From the IMG/VR virus record IMGVR_UViG_3300043102_000037, positions 1 through 64,000 of that record: a DNA stretch of 64,000 nt; one strand, 5' to 3'. This document shows positions 1 to 8,786 of this stretch, in pieces. A program made the translations under genes and the position numbers. Position 1 is the first letter of the stretch. Each line of letters opens with the position of its first letter. Below the pieces are notes generated by a model. It had not been told where the DNA came from and did not search any database. It worked only from the letters and a program-made list of their open reading frames with translations. Source of the stretch: a virus (Duplodnaviria; Caudoviricetes).

Positions 1-880
1 CGATAAAAAAGTAAAAGAAATTCGCATCATTCCAAAAGCAAATGCTAGGTTCTTTGAAATTCAGTATATCTATGAAGCTGAATGTATTCAAAGAAATCTG
101 AACCAATCAAATGCACTGGCACTTGACCTTGGAATAAACAATCTTGTAACCGCAGTATCAAGCGAGGGAAAAACGTTCATCATTGACGGAAAAAGACTGA
201 AATCCATCAATCAATGGTTCAATAAAGAAAATGCCCGTTTACAGAGTATAAAAGACAAACAGAATTTTGGCAAAAAACCGACAAACAGACAAAAAGCTCT
301 TGCCCGTAATCGAAACAATAAAGTAAACGATTATATGAGCAAAGTTGCCAGAAAGATAATCAACTACTGTGTAGCAAACGATATAGGAACACTTGTGGTT
401 GGCTATAACGAAACCTTTCAGCGTAATACAAAAATGGGAAAACAAAATAACCAATCTTTTGTAAATATTTCGTATGGTAAATTTCGTAAAAAGCTGGAAT
501 ATCTCTGTAAACTCAACGGGATAACCTATGTCAAACAGGAAGAAAGTTATACCTCAAAAGCATCTTTTTGGGATAAAGACGAAATCCCTGTATACAATAG
601 TGATAATCCTAAAACTTATACATTCAGCGGAATACGTATTTATCGTGGAATGTATAGATGCAGTAATGGAAAATATTTGAATGCTGATGTAAACGGAGCA
701 TTAAATATTTTAAGAAAAAGTAATGTTGTAGATTTAACCATCTTATACGGTAGAGGCGAAGTGGACACGCCTGTAAGAATAAGGGTTGCCTAGTAATAGG
801 TGGAAACTTAAATACCAAACTTCTTAAATAGGTGTATTAACATCCTAGAAGCCCCATTTCTGTAAAGTGGGGTAGTTCAC
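1..880 (+). mobile_element. IS200/IS605-family (IS1341-like) tnpB element, left part outside the window
   Basis: tnpB frame open from base 2. It is followed by a right-end hairpin (CCCCATTT-CTGT-AAAGTGGGG) and GTAGTTCAC ending at 880. The 3' region is near-identical to the element at 20661-22159. Confidence 0.9.
2..793 (+). CDS. tnpB: TnpB RNA-guided endonuclease (5'-truncated by window edge)
   Basis: Frame 2 reads DKKVKEIRIIPK...ALDLG...VVGYN...QEESYTSK...NADVNGA, continuous with track ORF 335..793. Confidence 0.93.
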   Translation, partial: DKKVKEIRIIPKANARFFEIQYIYEAECIQRNLNQSNALALDLGINNLVTAVSSEGKTFIIDGKRLKSINQWFNKENARLQSIKDKQNFGKKPTNRQKALARNRNNKVNDYMSKVARKIINYCVANDIGTLVVGYNETFQRNTKMGKQNNQSFVNISYGKFRKKLEYLCKLNGITYVKQEESYTSKASFWDKDEIPVYNSDNPKTYTFSGIRIYRGMYRCSNGKYLNADVNGALNILRKSNVVDLTILYGRGEVDTPVRIRVA

Positions 881-898
881 GGAAGGAGTGATGTAAAA

Positions 899-1345
899 TT
901 GGAAATAAGCACAGAAAAAGTTGATAGCTGCCAAGTTACCCACGTCTTATCTGAATTTACAAAGTTTATGAATAAAAAACGGTGTAATATAGAAGATATT
1001 AATGCAGAGCATTTAAAGCAGATTATAGGCGGACAACCTAATGCAGGTAATTTTTATGTTAGCGATGTAAAACCGAATGACGACATAAAACTTGTAATTA
1101 GTAATCGTTACAAAAACTTAGGCATAGTCGATAAAAACAATGCAGGATATGAAAAAGAAAAGATATATTTGAAATGTATTTCTTCGTACTTTAAGCCAAA
1201 ATACACGAGTTTGAATAAAAATAGCCCGTGTGTTACTACGCTTTCTGCTATACATTATCCTGAAACTAAGCAAGAATTAGTAGACACCTGCGATGTATGC
1301 TATTATTCTGCATTAAATAGCAAAATGGACTTGTTGGCGAAATAA
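899..1345 (+). CDS. hypothetical protein
   Basis: 148-aa ORF with RBS GGAAGGAG upstream; no motif recognised. Confidence 0.6.
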   Translation: MEISTEKVDSCQVTHVLSEFTKFMNKKRCNIEDINAEHLKQIIGGQPNAGNFYVSDVKPNDDIKLVISNRYKNLGIVDKNNAGYEKEKIYLKCISSYFKPKYTSLNKNSPCVTTLSAIHYPETKQELVDTCDVCYYSALNSKMDLLAK

Positions 1346-1417
1346 GCTGTCAAAACAATATAGTGTACAAGAGAACAAGAGAGTTAAATTAAAAAAAGAA
1401 AGTAGTGAGTTTTTATT

Positions 1418-1681
1418 ATGAAAAAAAGAATTGGTGTAACAGAATTAAGTAAATTAGTAAAAGAAAAAGTCAAAGAAAATACTGTCGAAGAAATTATCAA
1501 AGCTACGTTCAACGTAATTGAAGAAAGCTGTGCAGAAGATACGGCAATAACAATTAAAGAATTTGGCACATTTGAAAAGAATCATGTAAAAGAAAGAGCA
1601 GGTCGCAATCCAAAGACAGGCGAAAGCATTACTATTGCGGCACATGACGTATTGAAGTTTAAGTCGAAGGTTCGTTATTAA
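1418..1681 (+). CDS. hup: HU/IHF-family DNA-binding protein
   Basis: FGTFE...RAGRNPKTGESITIAA...KFK signature, 87 aa. Confidence 0.92.
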   Translation: MKKRIGVTELSKLVKEKVKENTVEEIIKATFNVIEESCAEDTAITIKEFGTFEKNHVKERAGRNPKTGESITIAAHDVLKFKSKVRY

Positions 1682-1696
1682 TCTAAAGATTAGAAA

Positions 1697-2323
1697 ATGA
1701 ATCTAAAAACTTTTGAACAGCGTAAAAAACTTGTTGAAAAGTACGGCGATGAACAAGTATATATCGTACCGTTTAATTATACTGAACATATAAAAAACGG
1801 CTTAAAAAATACTGACAAAAAATATCTAAAATTCTTATCAGCAGGGCGATATATACTTCGTTCTGATGCCGAAGGCGATATGACTTTTCAGCAAATTATT
1901 CCGTATTCGTATATCGTTTCAGAAGATGAAGAATACTTTATCACTGAACGCATAGGCGGCGAGGAACGCTTAAAAGGAAAATTGAGTATCGGCGTTGGCG
2001 GTCATATTAACCCGTGCGATGGCTATGAAGGGAACTTAGAAGCCGCTATGCGCCGAGAATTAAACGAAGAAATAATATTCCCTTACGATGCTCCAAAATT
2101 TGAATATGTAGGCACTGTAAGAGATTTAGCTTCTTCGACACCAGACCATTTAGGAATAGTGTATAAAATCGTTGTCAAAAACGAGGATAAAGAAAAAGTT
2201 CAAGTAAAAGAAATCTATAATTTAAAAGGAATGTGGCTTAATAAGGAGCAGCTTTTGAATAATTACTTAAAATTTGAAAGCTGGGCAAAATTCATTATTC
2301 AAGCCACTTTAGACACTAAATAA
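1697..2323 (+). CDS. NUDIX-family phosphoesterase
   Basis: FQQIIPY, LSIGVGGHINP, AAMRRELNEE (Nudix-box-like), DHLG motifs. Confidence 0.8.
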   Translation: MNLKTFEQRKKLVEKYGDEQVYIVPFNYTEHIKNGLKNTDKKYLKFLSAGRYILRSDAEGDMTFQQIIPYSYIVSEDEEYFITERIGGEERLKGKLSIGVGGHINPCDGYEGNLEAAMRRELNEEIIFPYDAPKFEYVGTVRDLASSTPDHLGIVYKIVVKNEDKEKVQVKEIYNLKGMWLNKEQLLNNYLKFESWAKFIIQATLDTK

Positions 2324-2324
2324 C

Positions 2325-4499
2325 ATGAATAACGTAAAAGAAACTAAATATGTGCAGAAGCGAGACGGCTCTATCGTTGACTTTGATGAAGATAGGATTT
2401 ATGAAGCTGTTAAAAAAGCGTCAATAAGTTCAGGCGAAAGCGTCAGAATAAGCAATATATTAAAGAAAACGCTAAAGAATCTCGCAACTAAAAATAAGGA
2501 CGTTTATACGGTCGCTGAAATTCAGACAATAGTAGAAAATGCGTTGATGAGCAGCAACTATAAAGATACGGCTCGTGCTTATATCATATATCGTAGTGAG
2601 CATGATAAAGCAAGAGAGAACATGAAAAACCTTATGTCGGCGATGTATGATATTACGTTTAAATCATCAGAAGATGTAAACGATAAGCGCGATAATGCCA
2701 ATATCAATACTGATACGGCTATGGGAGCTATGCTCAAATACGGCACTACAACGTCTAACTATTTCATCGACCATTACATTTTGCCTAAAGATATTGCAGA
2801 AGCACACATTAATGGCTATATACATATTCACGACAAAGACTTCTACGGTCTTACAGAAACGTGCTGTCAGATAGATTTAAGCAAGTTATATAAGAACGGT
2901 TTTAGCACAGGTCATGGGTATTTAAGAACACCAAATAGTATTGCTTCATATGCGTCTTTAGCAGCAATAGCCTTACAAGCCAATCAAAATGAAATGCACG
3001 GAGGACAAGCAATTCCTGCATTTGATTATTATATGGCTGATGGCATTGTAAAAACATTTAAGAAAGAATTTAAGAAAGTATGCTTAATTCTTTCTATTCC
3101 AGAACAGTTTGTTGAAAAAGTATTAAGTTTTATTACTACAATAGACTGTAAAGATATTATCTTTGAATTTCAAAAAGAAAATCTTCTTGATTACGCCAAA
3201 ATAGAAAAAGCATATAACGTAGCTTTAAGCGAAACCGATAAGGCTTGCTATCAAGCCATGGAAGGATTCGTGCATAATCTCAATACGCTTCATTCAAGGA
3301 GCGGCGGTCAAGTACCGTTCAGTTCAATAAATTACGGCACAGATACGTCACCAGAAGGAAGAATGGTCATTAGAAACCTTTTGCTTGCTACGCAGGCAGG
3401 CTTAGGTCATAATGAAACTCCTATATTTCCTGTACAGATATTTAAAGTTAAAGAAGGCATTAACTTTAACGAAGGCGACCCGAATTATGATTTATTTGAA
3501 CTTGCCATGGAAACATCGGCAAAGAGATTATTTCCTAATTTCAGCTTTATAGATTCGCCGTTTAACCTTAAATATTATAAAAAAGGCAATATTGATACTG
3601 AAATAGCTTACATGGGCTGTCGCACAAGGACTATAAGCAACGTAAATGGTCCAGAGATTTGTACAAGCCGAGGCAATTTAAGTTTTACAACTATTATATT
3701 GCCGAAGCTTGCTATTGAATCAGACCATAATATTGATACGTTCTTTGAAAAATTAGACTTTTATCTTGAATTATGCAAAAGACAATTATTGCATAGATTA
3801 AAGATACAGTCTAATAGATACGCCTTCAATTATCCATTTTTAATGGGGCAGGGCGTATGGCTTGACAGCGAAAAGCTGCACCCAGAAGATACCGTTAGAG
3901 AAGTATTAAAGCATGGTTCACTTAGTATAGGCTTTATTGGTCTTGCTGAAACTTTAATAGCTTTGGTAGGAAAGCACCATGGTGAAGATGAAAATGCAAG
4001 AGAATTAGGCTTAAAGATTATTTCTCATATGAGAGATATGACGGATAAGTTTACCGAAGAAACGCATTTAAACTTCGCACTTTTAGCTACGCCAGCCGAA
4101 GGACTTACGGGACGTGCTGCTAAGTTATTGCAGGAACAGTTTGGAATTATCGAAGGAGTTACGGACAAAGATTATTTGACTAACTCATTCCACGTTCCTC
4201 CGTATTACAAAATTAATGCGGCTAATAAAATAGCGATAGAAGCACCTTATCACTCCTTAACTAACGGCGGTCATATAACGTATGTAGAATTTGACGGCGA
4301 CCCGACAAACAATATCGAATCGTTTAAAACCGTCATTAGATACATGAAAGAACAAAATATTGGCTATGGTTCAATAAATCACCCGATAGATAGAGATTCT
4401 AAGTGCGGCTATACAGGAATAATAAATAATGAATGTCCTTGCTGCCATAGAAAAGAAACGGAAATAAGACATACTACCATAAAAAGAATTGAGGAATAA
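2325..4499 (+). CDS. nrdD: anaerobic (class III) ribonucleoside-triphosphate reductase, large chain lacking the glycyl-radical tail
   Basis: N-terminal ATP cone (VQKRDG), GYIHIHD, TCCQI, YMGCRT, RGNLSF, TPAEG, C-terminal CxxC pairs. No RITGY motif. Confidence 0.92.
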   Translation: MNNVKETKYVQKRDGSIVDFDEDRIYEAVKKASISSGESVRISNILKKTLKNLATKNKDVYTVAEIQTIVENALMSSNYKDTARAYIIYRSEHDKARENMKNLMSAMYDITFKSSEDVNDKRDNANINTDTAMGAMLKYGTTTSNYFIDHYILPKDIAEAHINGYIHIHDKDFYGLTETCCQIDLSKLYKNGFSTGHGYLRTPNSIASYASLAAIALQANQNEMHGGQAIPAFDYYMADGIVKTFKKEFKKVCLILSIPEQFVEKVLSFITTIDCKDIIFEFQKENLLDYAKIEKAYNVALSETDKACYQAMEGFVHNLNTLHSRSGGQVPFSSINYGTDTSPEGRMVIRNLLLATQAGLGHNETPIFPVQIFKVKEGINFNEGDPNYDLFELAMETSAKRLFPNFSFIDSPFNLKYYKKGNIDTEIAYMGCRTRTISNVNGPEICTSRGNLSFTTIILPKLAIESDHNIDTFFEKLDFYLELCKRQLLHRLKIQSNRYAFNYPFLMGQGVWLDSEKLHPEDTVREVLKHGSLSIGFIGLAETLIALVGKHHGEDENARELGLKIISHMRDMTDKFTEETHLNFALLATPAEGLTGRAAKLLQEQFGIIEGVTDKDYLTNSFHVPPYYKINAANKIAIEAPYHSLTNGGHITYVEFDGDPTNNIESFKTVIRYMKEQNIGYGSINHPIDRDSKCGYTGIINNECPCCHRKETEIRHTTIKRIEE

Positions 4500-4507
4500 T
4501 AAAAGTA

Positions 4508-4789
4508 ATGAGCGAAAATATTAAATTCAAATCTAATTTAGAAATTAATGACGAATTAAAGGAAAAGTATATCGAAAGAATTAACGGTATGCTTGGCGAA
4601 GGCGAAAAGCTGTTGTCTTTAACTCTTACGTTTAAAGAAGATAGCGATGATGTAGATATTGATTACGCAGTACAGGGTACTAAATTTGAACGTATCAGAC
4701 GCATTACTGGCTATCTTACTGGTACAGTAGACAGATGGAATAATGGCAAGCGCGCTGAACTCAAAGACAGAGTAAAGCACGTTAAATAA
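4508..4789 (+). CDS. stand-alone NrdD glycyl-radical domain protein
   Basis: FERIRRITGYL...DRWNNGKRAELKDRVKH; has its own GAGGA RBS at 4491-4495. Confidence 0.85.
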   Translation: MSENIKFKSNLEINDELKEKYIERINGMLGEGEKLLSLTLTFKEDSDDVDIDYAVQGTKFERIRRITGYLTGTVDRWNNGKRAELKDRVKHVK

Positions 4790-4793
4790 GAAT

Positions 4794-4822
4794 AAAGGCA
4801 GCATTGTAAAACGCTGCCTTTT
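4794..4822. terminator. intrinsic terminator between convergent nrdD and parB
   Basis: AAAGGCAGC-loop-GCTGCCTTTT inverted repeat. Confidence 0.7.
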
Positions 4823-4829
4823 CTGATAA

Positions 4830-6044
4830 TCAATCCATTACGGAAACAATATATTCTTCAATGCGTTTGCGAATTTCTTCGGCATGGTCTTTAGGAACAA
4901 ATAAAAGAAATCCGAACTCGTTGACATCTTTCTGACGAGAAGCAGTGATTGAATATGTCCTTTCGGAGATTTCGATTTTCTGCTTTTCTTTTTCAGAAGG
5001 TATTAACGCTTCTGACGCTTGAATGATTAAATCATTAGGTGTCCCAATGTCTGAATCATTAGCTTTATTATATATAGAGCATGATTTAACAAGCATTTTG
5101 TTATCGTCTTTATAATTGTTAAATAATTCTTCTTGGTATTCGGAAGGCAATTTGCACAGCTTAACAGCAGTAGTAAATTTTAATTGCTTGTTGCTTAACA
5201 TAGCGAAAAACTCAGGAATAAGACTTCTTAACCCGACTTGTTTATAAAAAGAGCTTTCGCTGATATTAGCCTTTTTAGAAAGGTATTGAGCAATATTATT
5301 TATCTTGGTTTTGCCTTGCTCTTTCTGTTTTTGATAGTAATTGTACAAGAAAATATTGCTTGATAATTTGTCCTTAACAGAGAGTTCTTTACGGTCAATA
5401 TAATTGCTCATAATAACGATAGCATGAGCATCTTCATCAGATATTTCTCCGTGGAGATATACTTTAGCAGGAATGGTCGAAAATTTACTTTCATCTTTAG
5501 TAATTTCTCTGGCGTCAAACATAGCCTGCGTACGGTTATTGCCAGACAAGACCTCAAACTTATTATTGTCTTTATCAGTAGCGCGAACAACGATATTGTG
5601 AAATACGCCGAATTTGATTATAGATTCAATAAGTTCTATTTTGCGGTCATGCGGAAATTCAGAAAACGTATTCCAATCATCGCGGCAAAATACGAGAGAA
5701 TCTATTGGAATATTAACGGTAGAATCTTTTTTAGAACCTCCAACTAAATCAACAATTACATCTTCAATAGAGGACGATTGATATTCCTGTTTAGCAGCTT
5801 CAATTTCGACAGCCGTTTTATTAAGCTGTGATTCGTTGTAGACGAGATTTAATTTAGTCTTTTCACGCGCTCCAATGTCTTTGCTGTGTTCAAATGCTTG
5901 GTGCTGAAACATTTTATTGCCAAGCTGCACACTTCCGTTACTGTTTAAAGAGCTGTATGAAAAATTATGTTTTTTAGCCAATTTTAATTGCAACCTCCTT
6001 GAATAAATCTTTAAAAGCCTTAGATACTTTAGCTGATGGAGCAA
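4830..6044 (-). CDS. parB: ParB-family partition protein (true start probably TTG near 5981)
   Basis: ParB/Srx N-terminal domain (IESIIKFGVFHNIVVR...EVLSGNNR) and HTH region; directly downstream of parA. Confidence 0.82.
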   Translation of the reverse strand: MLHQLKYLRLLKIYSRRLQLKLAKKHNFSYSSLNSNGSVQLGNKMFQHQAFEHSKDIGAREKTKLNLVYNESQLNKTAVEIEAAKQEYQSSSIEDVIVDLVGGSKKDSTVNIPIDSLVFCRDDWNTFSEFPHDRKIELIESIIKFGVFHNIVVRATDKDNNKFEVLSGNNRTQAMFDAREITKDESKFSTIPAKVYLHGEISDEDAHAIVIMSNYIDRKELSVKDKLSSNIFLYNYYQKQKEQGKTKINNIAQYLSKKANISESSFYKQVGLRSLIPEFFAMLSNKQLKFTTAVKLCKLPSEYQEELFNNYKDDNKMLVKSCSIYNKANDSDIGTPNDLIIQASEALIPSEKEKQKIEISERTYSITASRQKDVNEFGFLLFVPKDHAEEIRKRIEEYIVSVMD

Positions 6045-6780
6045 ACTTTATAGTAGGCTGATGAACCCTTACGCTTTGTTTAACGCTTTCAGATTGCGGT
6101 ATAACAGTTTCAAATACAGAATAATTCTTTTTGAGTTCTGGAATAACGTCTTTATATATGCTTGTACGCTTATCCAGTCTGTAAGGAATAAAGCCAATAA
6201 ACTGTGTTTTGGCAGCGTTATATCTTCTGAGCGTATCAACGTAATCAATCAATCTCATGCCGCCTGTATCGCTTTGCCCGTCTAAATCAGTAGGAATTAA
6301 AATATAATCAGCTACCTCAAAAATAGGCTTTATTCTGTCAGTAGAACTTGGGTGAGTATCAATAAAGACTATATCGTAATCGCAATTATTACGAAGGTCT
6401 TTCTCTAGGTCTATATAATAATGCTTATTATTGCGAGGACCATTTTGGCATATTTCTACGTCAGCGTCAATGCTGTTAAAACGAAAATCGCCAATCAAAA
6501 TGTCAAGATTTTTATAGCATGATTCTGCTATGTATTCTGAAATGCTTTTATTATCGGCGTTGTTAAAGAAGTATTCATATATTGTCTTATCGGTGGTTTC
6601 AAGACGATTGACGTTTAATCTGTCGGTAGCGTTGCATTGTGCATCGGCATCAATTAAAAGGACTTTATATTTATTAAGAGCCGCTATATATGCCAGATTA
6701 ACAGCGCACGTTGTTTTGCCGTTACCGCCTTTATCGTTTGCGAAAACAATTATTTTAGTATCAGACATGGGGAAAAGCAC
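5974..6780 (-). CDS. parA: ParA/Soj-family ATPase
   Basis: Deviant Walker A KGGNGKTT, LLIDADAQCNAT, YDIVFIDTHP. Confidence 0.92.
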   Translation of the reverse strand: MLFPMSDTKIIVFANDKGGNGKTTCAVNLAYIAALNKYKVLLIDADAQCNATDRLNVNRLETTDKTIYEYFFNNADNKSISEYIAESCYKNLDILIGDFRFNSIDADVEICQNGPRNNKHYYIDLEKDLRNNCDYDIVFIDTHPSSTDRIKPIFEVADYILIPTDLDGQSDTGGMRLIDYVDTLRRYNAAKTQFIGFIPYRLDKRTSIYKDVIPELKKNYSVFETVIPQSESVKQSVRVHQPTIKFAPSAKVSKAFKDLFKEVAIKIG

Positions 6781-6855
6781 CTCCGCTTTTAAAAAAGTAT
6801 GTATAAGGTTAATTATATCATACTGAAATAATTAAAAAAAGAAAGAAGTGATTAT

Positions 6856-7467
6856 ATGAAGACAAAATTCAATAAAATTGATTTTGATTGGGTAAACGTA
6901 AAAAATAAATGCAGAACAACAGTCAATAAGGATTATTCCGATAAAGCCGTAACTGATGAATTTAAGGAGAATATTCTTATTTCAGAACATACGCCTATTC
7001 GGCTATTAAATGTAGATTGGTCTTGGAATAAAATGAAGTCTTGGATAGCCGTCCATTGGGTGCGTCATAAGTGGGAAAAATTCGTTTCTACTCATCGCGA
7101 TGATAGATTTGATAGCGAATATGCGTCAAGAGATGAAATGCCGCAAGGTATAGAAGTAAATTTTGATGGCGTAGCAAATATGCAAAATTTGATAGATACA
7201 GAACGCAAAAGACTATGCTTTATGGCACATAAGAAAACAAAAGCATATGCAGAAGATTTTAAAGTCGCACTTTACAACGAAGGAGAAAAAGAAGCTGCTA
7301 ACGTACTTGTGCCTAACTGTATATATAGAATGGGCTGTCCAGAATTTAAGTCCTGCAAATTTATAGATAAATTCATACAGGATAATAAAGACGTAAACCT
7401 ATTCGATATAAAAGAACGTTATCGAGCATATAACGAATGGTTTTACAAAAATTACAGAGAAAATTAG
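6856..7467 (+). CDS. thyX: flavin-dependent thymidylate synthase, phage-type
   Basis: SEHTPIR, VHWVRHK..FVSTHRDDR (RH..S.R motif), R..RLC, VPNC.YR.GCPE. Confidence 0.72.
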   Translation: MKTKFNKIDFDWVNVKNKCRTTVNKDYSDKAVTDEFKENILISEHTPIRLLNVDWSWNKMKSWIAVHWVRHKWEKFVSTHRDDRFDSEYASRDEMPQGIEVNFDGVANMQNLIDTERKRLCFMAHKKTKAYAEDFKVALYNEGEKEAANVLVPNCIYRMGCPEFKSCKFIDKFIQDNKDVNLFDIKERYRAYNEWFYKNYREN

Positions 7468-7515
7468 AGAAAACTATTTAGAAAGAAGGAGAAGGAAATA
7501 GAGAAGAATAATGAC

Positions 7516-7758
7516 TTGAACTCTCATTACCAAGGAGATATTCAACCTATTGAATATTGTCAATTAGCTTTAACAGTCGAAGAATTTCGCGGTTCTTGCA
7601 AAAAGGACATAATCAAATATGTATCTCGGTGCGGCAAAAAAGACGACCCAATAAAAGAAATTAAAAAAGTAATTGATTACGCTTTTTGGCTGCTGCAAAG
7701 CTATCAAGGAAAAATGATAGACGCAAGAAATACTCCATGGCGAGATTTGACTGATTAA
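7516..7758 (+). CDS. DUF3310-like phage protein
   Basis: SHYQGDIQPIEY...IKYVSRCGKKDDP..EIKK..DY pattern. Confidence 0.75.
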   Translation: MNSHYQGDIQPIEYCQLALTVEEFRGSCKKDIIKYVSRCGKKDDPIKEIKKVIDYAFWLLQSYQGKMIDARNTPWRDLTD

Positions 7759-7841
7759 ATAAGCAATAAAAAATAGAATAGCTATAAATTTGTAAGAGAG
7801 AAAGCGAGAGAACGAAAATTTAAAATGGTGGGACTATAAAT

Positions 7842-8747
7842 ATGTCTAAAACAACGAAATCAATCAGAAAGATGAAATTTAAAGAAAATAAGCATTTAGA
7901 AGATGTATTCCAGAAATTAAATAGTGAGAAGAAAGCAGATATGAAAGAAACGATTAAAAAAGCTATTGCTGTATCAACTATTAACAATGATAAAAATACG
8001 GAAACAGAAAAAGAAGCGGCTGTAACTGGCACAACGAATACAGAAACAAAAGCTGTTATAGATATAGATAAAAATATCGAAGCCGCAGCTAAACAGACAA
8101 CCTCAAAAAAGAAGTCTAAGAAAAATAATAAATCAGCTAATAAAGCAGAAGTTAAAAAGCAAGAAACGAAAAAAGAGCAGGATAAAAAGAAATCGGCTAA
8201 CGTAAAAAATAATCTTCGCGCAGATATAGATTATTATAAGCAGAACGATAAAATGACCGCTCCGTTTGAAAACTTCTATGATAAAGTAAAAGACTGTGTA
8301 GAGGTAATGTCGTTGGTTAAAGATGCTTATAATCATATTGTAACTGAAATAGGTAACGCAGAAAAGGAACGCAATGATTTATTGCATGAAGCAGAAATCA
8401 TATATGAAAATGTCTACAACGGCTGGCTTCGCCATAAGCAAATGCAGCAAGTATTGCAAAGAAGGAGGGCATATAAGGAATTAGAAGAAGATTTGCGACC
8501 TATTGCCGCATTTGTTAAAGAGCATAGTGACGCTTTCGCAAAACTTCAATCGGCAAGCAAAAGCATAGGCAAACATATAGCAGAACGTTCAAGTGAAAAC
8601 AGGACATATATGCCAAGGATAAGGACAGATTTAAAAGTAAGCGAAACATTTAATAATGCTGACGAAGAACAAAAAGAATACATACGAAAGTGTGTAGAAA
8701 AACGCAGGGCTAATAACGCGAGAGTTAAGAAAAAAGCTGTCGTGTAA
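7842..8747 (+). CDS. hypothetical protein, Lys-rich N-terminus and coiled-coil C-terminus
   Basis: 301-aa ORF with RBS; no function recognised. Confidence 0.7.
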   Translation: MSKTTKSIRKMKFKENKHLEDVFQKLNSEKKADMKETIKKAIAVSTINNDKNTETEKEAAVTGTTNTETKAVIDIDKNIEAAAKQTTSKKKSKKNNKSANKAEVKKQETKKEQDKKKSANVKNNLRADIDYYKQNDKMTAPFENFYDKVKDCVEVMSLVKDAYNHIVTEIGNAEKERNDLLHEAEIIYENVYNGWLRHKQMQQVLQRRRAYKELEEDLRPIAAFVKEHSDAFAKLQSASKSIGKHIAERSSENRTYMPRIRTDLKVSETFNNADEEQKEYIRKCVEKRRANNARVKKKAVV

Positions 8748-8786
8748 TTTTTAAAAAAAATAAATAGAGAAAGGGGCTATATTATT

